From Asterias rubens (Eukaryota), in the NCBI RefSeq assembly GCF_902459465.1, contig NC_047070.1, positions 1,922,001 through 1,986,000 on the forward strand: 64,000 bases of DNA, written 5' to 3'. Below the pieces are notes generated by a model. That model saw only the letters and a program-made list of their open reading frames with translations, was not told where the DNA came from and did not search any database. Of the stretch, positions 1 through 13,786 are shown one piece after another; within the stretch, counting starts at the first letter, position 1; each line of letters begins with the position of its first letter. Made by a program: the position numbers and the translations under genes.

Positions 1-2096
1 GTTCATGTACTTAAACATGCTGAAAAAGTACACCCTGCATAACAAGAGGCAAAGGTACAACATTTGGGATTATATAGTTTCTCATGAGAATATATATTTT
101 TTGGGAGAAAAATTGTCTACAGAAAAACCACCCCTGTTTTGCAATGGTTGGTTCTGATTGGTTCATTGACACTGCCTTTCTAGCTGGGCACACACCACTG
201 GAGTGGAGGATAGCTCCAGGGTAAGGTGGCCTCGAGGGGACATCAACAAATGGACAGAACGTGGTTTCGGTTCAATGCATGGTGACTTGAGAGAGAAAAG
301 GTAGGATTTCTTCTTGAGGAGTTTGTGAGTCAAGATAAAGCCTGAGTGAGATTAATCGAAACTGTTGATCATTTCAAACAACTGTTGAGCACATCTGTTG
401 GTTAAACAGATTTAGTGAGTCGACAAAAATAATATCCCCATTTTATTAAAAATGTAAAACAGAATGAAAAGGATGTACAGTTGTTGCATGGAAATTTCAA
501 ACCTCCATGGTACATGTATTGCAATGTATTGCAACTATTTTTTGCAAAAAAAATAACAAGAACCTTTTGATAGATGGAAATTTACATCAGGGATAAAGAA
601 CATTAGATTTGTTTTTGTCAGCCATAATACATTAATGTGTGTTAGCACTGTATACTCAGTTCTTTCCTGGTCTCTCTAAAAAAATCACAGGGCATGCTAC
701 TTGGGTGGGATTCAAACTCTCGACCTTTTGGATGTTAAACAAATGCAAAATGCAAAGAGCACTTCCATTAGACAATCTTGAAAGTCGCACCAATGCCAAG
801 ACCAGAGGCAAGGACCAGAGGCAAGCAACAGAGGACATGGCCTCCTTGGACTCTGTGTAATTACAGGCCTGTTTTAGAGAATTGTATAAATTCTCAGACT
901 TGGTTTTTCCGTCGTCAGCATGGTCAAGTAGATTAAACCTAAACTATCAACACAGCATTGACTGATTCGTTTCCATTGCAGAAAACTTCACAATCTATCA
1001 CAATTTTTTTTTTACAGAGATAGAAATCTGTAAAATTTTACCTTAATTTTCTGCAACACTCTGTTGTCAAGCAAAACACTAAAATAAAAATGAATAGTAT
1101 TACAAAAAATATTTTTCCGAAACTGGAAATTGATCCCCCAGACATCCCACATGTTAATTTTAACATTTCATGTTTCCATGAAAATGGCAAATCAAGCAGA
1201 AAAACATCTGTAGAGTTTACCCCTAGGTGGGAGTAGTAGTAGACTGTCTAGTATCTAGACTTCTCAATTGATCAAACAAGACAACAAGCCTTGAAAGGTT
1301 CTGGTTTGTACTCATGTCTTGTACTTCATCTAACAGCCTATTTATCTTATCATACGTACATCATTTTACAGGCCTCAAATTAACCCATGGCACACCCACA
1401 TTGATTGCCATGATGCTCTGTGCTTTTGCTGTGGTACCCTTTGCCTCATAGAAGTGCCCCTTACTGGAGCAAAGTTCCTGAGTTTTATGAGCACTGAATA
1501 TTAAGAAACAACATTTAAAGATTAAACAAAGTAAATTATTCGATTTTATTCACTGAGTTCACATCATTGTATTAAGAGAAAGAGAATACATGTCTAGTAG
1601 GCTTACAAAATACGCTGTTATGATCTCTTTTGGCCACCATCATAATTTATTGATACTTATTGACACTATTACACAGCGTAATAGCAGGGACGTCGGACAG
1701 ACATGTAAGAGTAATTGGCTGTAAAGGGCCAAGGAGTGAGGCCTCGTCTACAGGCCAAGCAGTGAACTTGCCCAGTTAGCCATTTCAAATACCACGATAC
1801 TTGATTGGGCAGAATTCTGACATGGGAAGATTTTAAACCTAGACAAGTGCAGGAGACCACTTTACCATGGTTATTCTATGCACCCAAATGAGAAGTACAA
1901 GATGGCCAAATGAGAATGAAGTATCCTTCATACATTCAACATAGGGTGCCATTTACAAAAGAGAAAGTGCCTTGGTGCCCTTGCTTGCCCTTCCAATAAT
2001 GAAGCATACATGCCTGGTTCTCCCTTGACTATAAACTCGTGTATCGAGTTTTGTTTATAGGTTTTCATTTCTCATGTTTCTAGCGACTTACAAACA

Positions 2097-2459
2097 TTAA
2101 AGCCATTGGACCCTTTCGGTAAACAGTATTGTCCAAGGCCCACACTTTGTGTATCACAACTTATATATAAAATAACAAACCTGTGCAAATTTAATGCAAT
2201 CGGTCATCGGAGTCGGGAGAAAATAATAGGAAAACCCACCTTTGTATCTGCACGTTTTGCCGTGTCATGACATGGGTTTAAAATAAATTTGTAATTCTCG
2301 ATATCGAGAATTGATATTGTTTTACTGTTTTTTTTTTTAAGTAAAGCATTTCATGGAATAATATTTCAAGAGAAGTCTTTCACCAAACCCTGTAAGTTAT
2401 TTGTAAATCTGTGAACTTTTATTTTTTTTTTCTGTACCGAAAGGGTCCAATGGCTTTAA
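2097..2459. mobile_element. TTAA-flanked MITE, Kolobok-like (subfamily AGCCATTGGAC)
   Basis: TTAA|AGCCATTGGACCCTTTCGG…GAAAGGGTCCAATGGCT|TTAA; a second, 5'-truncated copy at ~8315-8667. Confidence 0.8.
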
Positions 2460-4615
2460 GACTCCATATTTTCAAAATTCATGCAATTTATCAAGAAGAT
2501 TATATATGACAAATATCATTCAAGTTAGAAACATCATGACTTTTTTCAAATTTAAAAAATGAAAGCAAAAGCACTTCAGATCTTAGAAAAGATCTTGTTT
2601 AAATCTTACTTGTATCCTGTCTGCACAGAGTGAACAAGTAAGCACATTTCCTTTCCTGTTCATTGTGTGTCTAAAATAAACTAAGTTTACCAACAAAGAA
2701 ATTATATTTTTCTAAATAATTTGGTGAAGTACCCTTTTTTCATATTAAAATAGATAGTTTGCATTCCTCTTTAGATGTTAGTTCTACGTGAATGTCCTTA
2801 TCAACTGAGCACCAGACATTAGCTTCATCAAATAAGTCAACATGTCCCTCAATTCATGTGAAAATTCATTTTAAAATCATCTAGGTTTTTGTTGGTTTGG
2901 ATGTTTTTTCCTTCTTCACTCATACAACATAGTGAAGAATGTTCCTTCATTGAATTCTGCTAACCAACTAGCAGAACAGACTTCTCCCCACATCTCAAAA
3001 TTAAACGGGCAAAGAGAACACGTTCACATAAATTAATTTTATTCCACTGGAAATTGAAAGCCTGGTTTAAGGATTTTACCCGTGGCAAGGTTTTACTGAT
3101 AGTAATTTTTAACAAAAGACTCCGAGTATAAAAGCAAGGGAAAATTTCCCCCACTGACAATATATTAGCAGCATACCACAAAAGAGCTTCCCTAGCTGAG
3201 TGGCGACTCTGTACTGTGGCTGTTAAGTTATCATGCACGCTGTAGAAGATGACCTTGAACTGTTGGGGCCGCTCCTATGCTAACATCTTTTAGACTGTCT
3301 TAAGACTGTCAGACAGTGGGTGTGTGAATACGGATTAGGCTTGATTTCCTTCTGATTAAACCCTGGAAGAAGAAGTAAAACCTTCTACTTCTTCGTGACT
3401 TCCAACGATATTTAGTCAGATCTTTAAACATTTATGAGATATGGAGGGGATGCTTTGATGCACAAGAGTAAATTAACCATTTGTGGTTTTGTTTCGCATG
3501 ATGGGTATAAAGGAAATACACTGACACTAATTTCTGGAAGTAAACTAATGAACAATTCACTTAGAGCCACGAAAGAGTGACTGGGAGTAAAGATTCCCCG
3601 AGCATGATCTTTGAAAATGTTTATGCACTTTAAGAAAACGATGTACTTGGAGTTCATGTACTCTCCTTTATAGTGTGTGATTGTTTGATTAGTATGGTTC
3701 AATAACATGAACTTTTCATTCCATAAAACCCTTGATCTTTATGCTAGAAGTTTTTATGGTGATCAGAATTGTACCAACGGGTCATTAACTATGCATTTGA
3801 TGACGTTTCTTCTAATGACTCAGATGAGGTGTAAGAAATGAACTGGAAAACCAGTGTTCAAAGTAATTGAGGTACATCTATACTTTCTATGGATGGTCAA
3901 TTAAATAGAAAGTCCGAGATTGAAAATGGTGTCTTAAGGATGACCAGACACCCAGACTACTTTTTGGCTCACACGTTGAATGTAATGTCTTGTCTTCTGT
4001 ATCAAGAGTCTTGTGCCAGTGTAGCTTCCTGTCGTACCCAATGTTTGTCGGTCCTGTTGTTTGTGAGTCTGTTGTTGTTTTTTAGTTTGTTTGGAGTTTT
4101 TCTTCAAGCTTTACTTACCAAACAGTCCAGTCCCATACCCTCACACATTAATCCATATTGCTACGTATTGCTTTTTTTTCATAGTCAATACTTGGCTATC
4201 TGTCTGTCCTGTTGTTTGTGTGTCTGTCTGTTGTGGGTTTTTTGTCTTAGTTTGTTTGTTTGTTTGTTTATTTGTTTGTTTATCGGGGTGTTTGTCGGTT
4301 TGACTGTTTGTTTGGATGTTTTCTACAAGCTTCTGCTTATCAAAACAGCCCCATACCCTATTGCAGTTATTTATACTACTACTTTATTGCTTACTCCACA
4401 TGCACAACTTGTCATTATTTTTCATAAAAGTATGGAAACAATTCCTTGTTATTGTTCATTGCCCAAATGTTTATTGCTTTTAAATATTGTATTGAATATA
4501 ATTTATATTGTCACAATTTGGCCATTGGCTACAAATTCAATTTTAATAAACCAGCTATAAAATATAATAAAAAGAAACAAATGTGTATCTGAATCTCTGA
4601 AAGTAGTGATCCTAT

Positions 4616-5965
4616 GGATTCTGAGGTAGCATTTGATCATCGCCATTTCATTCAGGGAGTGGATTCTGAGGTAGCATTTGATCATCGCCATTTCATTCAG
4701 GGAGTGGATTCTGAGGTAGCATTTGACCATCGCCATTTCATTCAGGGAGTGGATTCTGAGATAGCATTTGATCATCGCCATTTCATTCAGGGAGTGGATT
4801 CTGAGGTAGCATTTGACCATCGCCATTTCATTCAGGGAGTGGATTCTGAGGTAGCATTTGACCATCGCCATTTCATTCAGGGAGTGGATTCTGAGGTAGC
4901 ATTTGATCATCGCCATTTCATTCAGGGAGTGGATTCTGAGGTAGCATTTGACCATCGCCATTTCATTCAGGGAGTGGATTCTGAGGTAGCATTTGACCAT
5001 CGCCATTTCATTCAGGGAGTGGATTCTGAGGTAGCATTTGACCATCGCCATTTCATTCAGGGAGTGGATTCTGAGGTAGCATTTGACCATCTCCATTTCA
5101 TTCGGGGAGTGGATTCTGAGGTAGCATTTGACCATCGCCATTTCATTCAGGGAGTGGATTCTGAGGTAGCATTTGACCATCGCCATTTCATTCAGGGAGT
5201 GGATTCTGAGGTAGCATTTGACCATCGCCATTTCATTCAGGGAGTGGATTCTGAGGTAGCATTTGACCATCGCCATTTCATTCAGGGAGTGGATTCTGAG
5301 GTAGCATTTGACCATCGCCATTTCATTCAGGGAGTGGATTCTGAGGTAGCATTTGACCATCGCCATTTCATTCAGGGAGTGGATTCTGAGGTAGCATTTG
5401 ACCATCGCCATTTCATTCAGGGAGTGGATTCTGAGGTAGCATTTGATCATCGCCATTTCATTCAGGGAGTGGATTCTGAGGTAGCATTTGACCATCGCCA
5501 TTTCATTCAGGGAGTGGATTCTGAGGTAGCATTTGACCATCGCCATTTCATTCAGGGAGTGGATTCTGAGGTAGCATTTGACCATCGCCATTTCATTCAG
5601 GGAGTGGATTCTGAGGTAGCATTTGACCATCGCCATTTCATTCAGGGAGTGGATTCTGAGGTAGCATTTGACCATCGCCATTTCATTCAGGGAGTGGATT
5701 CTGAGGTAGCATTTGACCATCGCCATTTCATTCAGGGAGTGGATTCTGAGGTAGCATTTGACCATCGCCATTTCATTCAGGGAGTGGATTCTGAGGTAGC
5801 ATTTGACCATCGCCATTTCATTCGGGGAGTGGATTCTGAGGTAGCATTTGACCATCGCCATTTCATTCAGGGAGTGGATTCTGAGGTAGCATTTGACCAT
5901 CGCCATTTCATTCAGGGAGTGGATTCTGAGGTAGCATTTGACCATCGCCATTTCATTCGGGGAGT
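4616..5965. repeat. 45-bp minisatellite, 30 copies (GGATTCTGAGGTAGCATTTGACCATCGCCATTTCATTCAGGGAGT)
   Basis: Head-to-tail, no spacers; 1350 bp equals 30 units; only a few point variants. Confidence 0.98.
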
Positions 5966-6281
5966 ACATTGCCTCTGTTTCTACTTTCCCTGTACTGTCA
6001 GCTCGAATAACTCGTCCTTTTCCTTCTAGTAAACGAGTCTCATTTATCACTGATATTCACTTCAGTTCCTTCTAAACCCCAATCCTCCCCCGCACGCTAT
6101 GTTGTTGCTTCTAACAAAATCAGGAAAGGAGTATTTTTAGTAACAGTCGAAGGCTGTATCGTTGGGGAGAGTATGTTCTAAATTTCCACGGATTGGCTCT
6201 TGGCTTTTTTTCCAAGGGGTGTAACATTGGTTGACTGTGATTGGTTTGGAATCATTCCTGCATGTGTGAAGTCTATACCTT

Positions 6282-6657
6282 TTAAAGGGAAGGTACACGT
6301 TTGGTTATTACTCAAAACAAATATTCACTTAAAAACTGCCTTGGAAACGAGCATTGGAGAGCTGTTGATAGTATAAAACATTGTGAGAAACGGCTCCCTC
6401 TGAAGTAGCATAGATTTTGAAATAGAGTTAATTTCTCACTAAAATAATAAAAGACTTCTAGCTAGAAGTCTTTTATTCCTATCTGAAAGCACACAAATTC
6501 GTCCAACAAGGGTGTTTTTCTTTCATCATTTTCTCCCGACTCCGATGATCAATTGAGCTCAAATTTACACAGGTTTGTTATTTTATGCATATAATGGGAG
6601 ATACCAAGTGAGAACACTGGTCTTTGACAATTACCAATAGTGTACCTTCCCTTTTAA
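6282..6657. mobile_element. TTAA-flanked MITE, Kolobok-like (subfamily AGGGAAGGTACAC)
   Basis: Terminal inverted repeats (TIRs) plus TTAA on both sides; sister copy at 27183-27558. Confidence 0.8.
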
Positions 6658-6870
6658 AGCCAAGAATCAAACTACATGTACACTGAACATGTACATGTTG
6701 TTGACCACTGGGGTTATAAAGCAGTGAACATGACGCCATGTTCACCATGGTTCAGAGAATAATGAACTCCAGGGTGAACAGGAAGACTGCTCCATTGAAT
6801 CAATTCTCAGTGTTTTTCTTCAGAAGAGACTGAGGTCGATTTCTCAGAGATACATGTAGCCCTATAACAG

Positions 6871-7083
6871 GGGTCGATTTCACAAAGAGTTAGGACTAGT
6901 CCTAGGAGATATTAAAACGTATGGCTAGTCCTAACTTGAGATAAGACTAGTCTTAACTCTTTGTGAAATCCACAGCAGGACTCTTAACGAGTTATTATAA
7001 CTTAAGGCTTAAATCCTACATGTAAGTTAGGACGAGTTAACCTTGAAATAAGACTAGTCTTAAACTCTTTGTGAAATCCACAG
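6871..7083. mobile_element. Harbinger-like MITE (GGGTCGATTTCACAAAGAG TIR, CWG target), internally duplicated
   Basis: CAG|GGGTCGATTTCACAAAG…CTTTGTGAAATCCA; related copies at ~16105-16280 and ~54013-54153. Confidence 0.7.
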
Positions 7084-7696
7084 CAGGACTCTTGCAATAT
7101 GAGAAATGATTCATACGCATAAATCATTTCTCTGATTCAAATGTTTTGGAGTGAAAATATCTTAACCACTACTTCGTGGAAAGGGAAGCCTTTCTCAAAA
7201 TAGTTAACGTGGAAAGGGAAGCCTTTCTCAAAATAGTTAAATACTTTCAACAGCTGCAGTTATTCTATTCAAGTATTTTGTTTATGGTCATTAGTTTTAT
7301 TATTCTATGATCAAACCTTTGAAGCATAAATAACAGACAAGTTTGATTTGAATAAGAAATGTGACATGGTCTATACAAACTGGAATGTCTACTGGTGGTT
7401 TGGACAATCAGTCAGAATAATTTCTGGCACACACCATGATGAGGAAATCCTGTCTTCATTTATTTTCATTTTCTTGTCACGCAACGCAACAAGATATTTA
7501 GCATATTGTGAACACAAAAAAACATAAATAAGACAAGATTCAAATCTCTTCTCAAAACTTTTATTATGTCAAAGCTTTTTCAAGGAGTCATTTTTGTGTG
7601 TCTGTTTTCTTTCGTTTTGTTTTATGGTTTTACTGCGCATTGAACAACCAGCAGGGTGGATATGTGTCCATTAAAAGTCTTTATTGCTATTATTTA

Positions 7697-8103
7697 TTAA
7701 AGGAACACGTTGCCTTGGATCGGACGAGTTGGTCTATAAAAAGCGTTTATAACCGTTTGTTATAAAATGCATATGGTTGGAAAGATGTTTTAAAAGTAGA
7801 ATACAATGATCCACACAAATTTGCCTCGAAATTGCGTGGTTTTCCTTTTACTTTGCGAACTAACACGGTCGGCCATTTATGGGAGTCAAACTTATACGGG
7901 AGTCAAAAATTTGACTCCCATAAATGGCCGCCCGTGGTAGTCGACGAGGTAAAAGGAAAACCGTGCAATTTCGAGGCGTGTTTGTGTGGATCATTGTATT
8001 CTACTTTTACAACATCTTTCTACCCATATGCATTTTATTAAAAATGGTTACAAACGCCTTTCAAAGACCAACTCGACCGATCCAAGGCAACAGGTTCCTT
8101 TAA
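7697..8103. mobile_element. TTAA-flanked, largely palindromic (foldback-like) MITE
   Basis: TTAA|AGGAACACGTTGCCTTGGATCGG…CCGATCCAAGGCAACAGGTTCCT|TTAA, with inverted symmetry continuing to the centre (~7890-7910). Confidence 0.85.
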
Positions 8104-9166
8104 GATGGTTCTCATGAGTTGCAAGAAAGAGATATTGTGAGTCAAAATGGAATGTCTTTATCTCGGAAATTGTAAACATTCTCTGATCACATTTAGCATC
8201 AGAGTCTCTCCACCTGCGCACTGGCGTCCCCACATGGAACAAACTCTTTCCAGAAGACCGCCAGTCTGACTCAATGATGAATTTAAAAAAACTGTTAAAA
8301 ACAATCGCACAACATCGGTAAACAGTATTGTCCAAAGGCCCACACTTTGTGTATCACAACTTATATATAAAATAACAAACCTGTGAAAATTTAGGCTCAA
8401 TCGGTCATCGGAGTCGTGAGAAAATAACCGGAAAACCCACCCTTGTTTCCGCACGTTACGCCGTGTCATGACATGTGTTTAAAATAAATCTGTTATTCTT
8501 GATATCGAGAATTGAAAATTGTTTTAATGTTTTCTCAAAAAGTAAAGCATTTCATGAAATAATATTTCAAGGGAAGTCTTTCACCATTACCTTCTGTAAA
8601 CCCTGTTATTTGTAAATCTGTGAACTTTCAATTTTTGTTCTGTTCAGAAAGTGTCCAGTGGCTTTAAAGACTGAACTGTTCAGAGCTCATTTATTTGTTT
8701 ATTGTTTCATCTTTATTTGTTCTGCGCCTTGATCTAGTGTCTAGGATATGTGTGCTTTATAAGAACTTTGTATTATTATTATTATTGGAGAAAAATTTGA
8801 AACTGTTTCAGCGAACATTTCAAACAATTCTTACTTATGGACAAAACATGGACAAAAATGTTGTACCACTCCTATCAAATGCTTGTAAAACCACAAATGA
8901 AATGATGTGAAACTAACAAACAATTTGTTTTCATTTGTCCCTTTCTAATTTGATGAAATGCCAATCTGTACTGTGCATTTGTTCCGGGCCATCTCTCAGC
9001 CAAAAGAGGCACATGTATACAGGTTCATATAACGCAATCATTTAGCAATCATAAATGATATAGACAAAATATATTTTTTAATGAACATGAACAAAAACTT
9101 AAAATTTGCTGTCATTCATTTTGATTTATATTTGGGACATAGAAACCAGAAGAAGAAAAACTTCAC

Positions 9167-9355
9167 TAAAGCCCGGTTCATACTTCCTGCGAATGCGAAG
9201 CGAATATGATGTCACAAATTCGCACAAATAATTCGCAGCAGTTGAACTCTGCTCGACTCACTTGCGAATATCGCTGCGAAAGGAGGGTTGTGGCGTCAAA
9301 TTCACGTCAAACTCACGTCGCATTCGCATTCGCAGGAAGTATGAACCGGGCTTTA
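9167..9355. mobile_element. Palindromic MITE (AAGCCCGGTTCATACTTCCTGCGAATGCG TIR)
   Basis: Long TIR; further copies at ~36829-37051, ~37860-38035 (partial) and ~56410-56607. Confidence 0.85.
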
Positions 9356-10305
9356 GGCCTAGTAGATTTAGTACAGAAGTGGTTTGTTACACAGCAGTGG
9401 TAAATATATTTCTAAATGAACATGAACAAAAATTTAAAACTGGTTGTCATTCATTTTGATTTATATTTGGGACATTGAAACCAGAAAAAAACCTTGACTA
9501 AAGCCTCGTAGATTTAGTATAGAATCGGTTTGTTGCACAGCAGTGGTAAATGCAAATGTACAATCAGTGTTATTCCAAACAACACTGAACCACTAATAAC
9601 GATTTGTAGGTGCGCAGCATACGTAACGAACCCCCCGATTCAATAGCTTGGTCTCCAGGCACAAAACACTGCTTGAATGTGTAAATTAATTGGGTCCGTG
9701 ACTAGGTCTCCAGTCATTCCAATATCAGCCTATTTGATGGTAACAATGTGTTGAGCTGTATACCAAACACCATAATGCATAACCCATGCTGAATGCATAC
9801 ATGTACTATACACACTTCTATTGCCATATTTGACAAATGAATATTTTCCCCTTTTCACGTTATTGTCCCCCTCAGGCCGCTTTGAGTGGTATTCTAAAAC
9901 ATCATCATCAGTTCAAAATGCTAGAATAAAAGGTCACACTTCGAGGCTTGTGAAAACGCCAGAGACCGGCATCCAAACCGGCGTGTAGATTCACCTTTGA
10001 CCTCATTCATTTTACATAGAGATACGCAGTCAAATTCTATTGTGGACTTGACAGCAGTGTACTGTTTGGGCAGCTAGCTCATGTCACTGCACGTTTATCA
10101 AATGGTCATTGTATCCAATGGAATTACTGGATCTAGCGCCAGGGACCTGTCTTTATCCTTGCAGATAAAGACAGAGGCCCAGTCTAGAATAAAGGTTGAC
10201 AGCTCGATTTGAAAATGTATTCTTGGTATTCAAAAGCAGAACTTATGTATAAGAAAATCGGAGATGTAACACACTTTTACACAACAAAATCATTCTAGTG
10301 GACAG

Positions 10306-10482
10306 CAGGCTTGTACGCTTCATTTTTTGAGTAGGGCAAGGGTACAAGGCAGTTTCTCCTTGATGAAGGGCACCCTATGATTAAAGTGTAAATTTCTACA
10401 GGAGCATTCCAAGGGCATCTAGGTAATGATCAGGGGGCATGGAGGCAATTACCTCTGTTGCCTCCAAGAATTACCAGGCCTG
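10306..10482. mobile_element. CAGGCCTG-ended ~175-bp MITE family (agggcaagggcaccaaggc core)
   Basis: Full copies at 36094-36270, 39929-40090, 48169-48353, 48410-48579 and 51499-51673. Partial copies at about 1368, 1920, 18490, 20755, 22150, 29385, 31465, 39545, 41140, 51334 and 55596. No consistent TSD seen; superfamily unresolved. Confidence 0.8.
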
Positions 10483-13400
10483 GGGCAGAATAACCTTATA
10501 TCCAGTATAGTGTTCTAACCATCTTGCGCCATATAATCCACTTGAACGATTTCACATTTCCAAAAATCTTTGTTGTATTTACATTTGATTATACTAGATT
10601 GATTTATTGGTCCACAAGTATTCTTAATACCAAACAACGAACAAGAAAAGAAAATTCACTTTACGAAATCCGTTTCTAAAAGAAACTAATTTATCAGGAG
10701 CTACATTGCCTTCCGAAATGCAAAATCAGATTTGAATAGAAATTTCAACAAACCACTGAAATGTATCATTTAAGAATCAAGACGAGAGCGGATTGGAGAA
10801 TATATCCGTCCATGACTACGCAGGACGGACAAAAACAACGCAAAAAAAAACAGACACTGCACAAAATGTTGGTAAAACATTACACAAAGCTTACATATCG
10901 TATGGAACACAATACATTATTGGTTTCAGGCAACCAGCTCAACTTGTTACAAAATGTAGTATTGCAATATAGGAATACGGCACCAAGTAATACAAATTCT
11001 CTGCGGTGCCCAAGGGTTAACAATGAGTCCCTCGGTATTTTATAACAACTGTCATCAAATATCTCTCAGCATATTGTTGTAAAATTGTGCCTTCAGACCA
11101 TTCCATGTCATATCCAGCGCTTCACGCCAATCTAACACTAAAATCATCCGCATAAGTTCGTTTACGCCTAACCCCCTTTAATAATAAAAAAATTAGCAAC
11201 CAAAATTTGAAAACAGATATTTTCCCCACGAAGCGATTTGCAAAGGGGGAAAGAAATGGGTACTGTAGCAATTCTGTTTGCAATATGTGAGCCATAAATT
11301 ATGAACTTTATATGAGGGCCCCGAAGCAAAGATAATGCGGCGGCCATCACTGGCCTAGGTTCCTGTCATAGGAGAGCACCAAGCTAGATCTTGTTGCGCA
11401 TCGCTAATTTTATTTCTTTGTAAAAGGAGATGGGAGAGAGAAGCAAAGATGACCTGGGGAGAAATAACACGACGCACCGGCTGACTGCAGATGGGGAGGG
11501 TGGTCACCGTCAAACATGATACCGGGCATCTTTATTGATGGTAACATCCGAATAAACAGATAGGGTGAACTGTCCGATGCTTCGACTACTCGATGATTCA
11601 CCCAGATACCATCATCATTCCAAAGCATTTTGGCTGTTGAATTTAGGTACACTCCCCAAGGACTTCTCTTCAAGTAAATGTGGGTGGTTTCTCGATAAAA
11701 TATAACCCACAACCAATCATGTGTTTAGCATAATCAACAACGATTCAATTCTTCAAACTTTGAATAGCAAAGTCTGACATTTCTAAAGCGTTTTAACCTC
11801 CAATTTCTAGGTGGGGGATTTAGGACATTTATTCCATGTTAATGTCTTGAGACAATTTGATGGCTTTGATGAAATAATTGACTTGAGGTAAAGACCGCGA
11901 TATGTGAGTAAATGTAGACATCAATCAGCTTTAATTTCTTCCGTATTTAACACAAGACTTTTCTACATTCATATGAACTCTTTACCAGACATTGACATAC
12001 TCAACCTTTTAAATTTGACATCTAGATTGATACTAAGTGCTGGTGTTCGGATAGTTCCAATCTTATTATATCAAGGAGAAGGATTTCACAGGATTTAAGA
12101 TTGTTTTAATTTATTTTTTCTAAATCAGAGGAAATATGTCAAGTCAACAGCCTGCAGTTTAAGTTCAACCTAATTATTTATTTGTTTGTATTTACTCATT
12201 TGTTTATATCAGTCACAACCTCTTGATTCTCACAACACACAACAAATTCAACACAGCGTCTACATAAGGCAGGTCAAAGGTCATATAAGAACACAAATAA
12301 CAACAGCATAAAAAGCACAGGTTTACTACAAATAAACTAAAAACAATGAAATGATGTCAAAATTAATCAAAAAAATGGTTCTGTACCTGAGGTGGAACAG
12401 AGTGCGTGTAACAGTGGATGCAATGTGCGGCCAACGCCTAGATGGGTGTGTTTGAGGAGGGCGTGTCTGTGTTTGTGGGCGTAGCTGAATACCAGTTGGG
12501 CGTGGCGTTCTCACTTCTCTCTGCTCGGCTATGGAGCAAGTGAAGGCCCTACAAAACCAAAACACATGCAAGGACACGAGGGGAAATAATGAAAACAATC
12601 AAGCAAAAAAAACATCAAAATGAAAGGAAAAGAACAACAAAATGAATAAAGTAGGAATGATTGATTGAAATTATAAAATACATCATTTGGCTTGGTCACA
12701 AACAATGTGGTGTATCACAAAATCCTTCGTAAGAGTTTTCCATATATTATATAATCAATTTCAGAATTGTTTTCCAAAAATTCAGCTTCTGGGAAGATTT
12801 GTTTGATCTTTTCTTCAAGTTATCAAAAAAATAGATTAGATAGTTTGGTCTATGGTTTGGTAAAATGTAAGTAACGTCAGCTATTGTCCATACATTTCAT
12901 AAAACACTAATAAAAGAGATTCTTCCGAAATATCTACTTTTTTTGTTTTTAATCATTGCTTTTTTGTGCTGTTTTTTTTTTTCTTTTTTTTTTTACAAAT
13001 TGAACCACCCATACACCAATGTGTGTTAAGCACTGTATACTCAGTACTTTCCAGACATATTACTCAAAATTGAAGTACATTAAAAAGAACCAAATATGAA
13101 ATCATGGAAGACATTACCCACTGGTTAAGTAACACCAGTGTGATCACTTTAAAAAATATCAAACTTAAAAATGATTATATTGCGATTGGCATATTATTAC
13201 GGAGTTATCTTCGATGTCATACATGTATACTGGTAAATCTGTCACGGTTGAGTTAACGTCGTCAATGGTGAAGATATTTCAGGGTCTGGTCCCAGCCTGT
13301 TCATCAGACCACTGGTGGGCAAAAAAAACCTAGGCCATAAGAAAATAATCCACTGTTTCTCGTCTCATACAGGGTGTCATGTCTAGAGCTGGATTTTCTT

Positions 13401-13786
13401 TTTCTTTTTGAATCATGTACAGTACATGTTTTGATTTTAATCATAAGAGGACATGTACGTACACCCATGTTAGAAAAAGCATCTTTTTTCAACCTGAAAT
13501 TTGTGATTAATATATAAACTTCAAAAACAAGTCTTTATACAAAATTGTTTACACAGAAATTAAAAAAAACGAAGATTCTTTCAAGTGAGTACAGAAACAT
13601 TGTGAATATTTTTTCTTGTGTGGTCTTAAAAAAGTGGGTCATAATTTTTTCAAGAATGCATGATGTCGCCCACTGGGTTTTAATCTTAGCAAGCCGTTGA
13701 TTTTTCACGTACCATGTAGCTGAGGTTTCGCCTGGTCTCTGCGCAATCTCTACACAGTAGTTCCGACCACCAGACTCATTAACACA

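Noticed and set aside
3889-4560. 223-aa hydrophobic ORF as a membrane protein
   Set aside because: Driven by (TTTG/GTTT)n low complexity; no recognisable motif or splice support.
4616-5965. CRISPR array
   Set aside because: The units are contiguous with no unique spacers, and the context is a eukaryotic intron with no cas genes.
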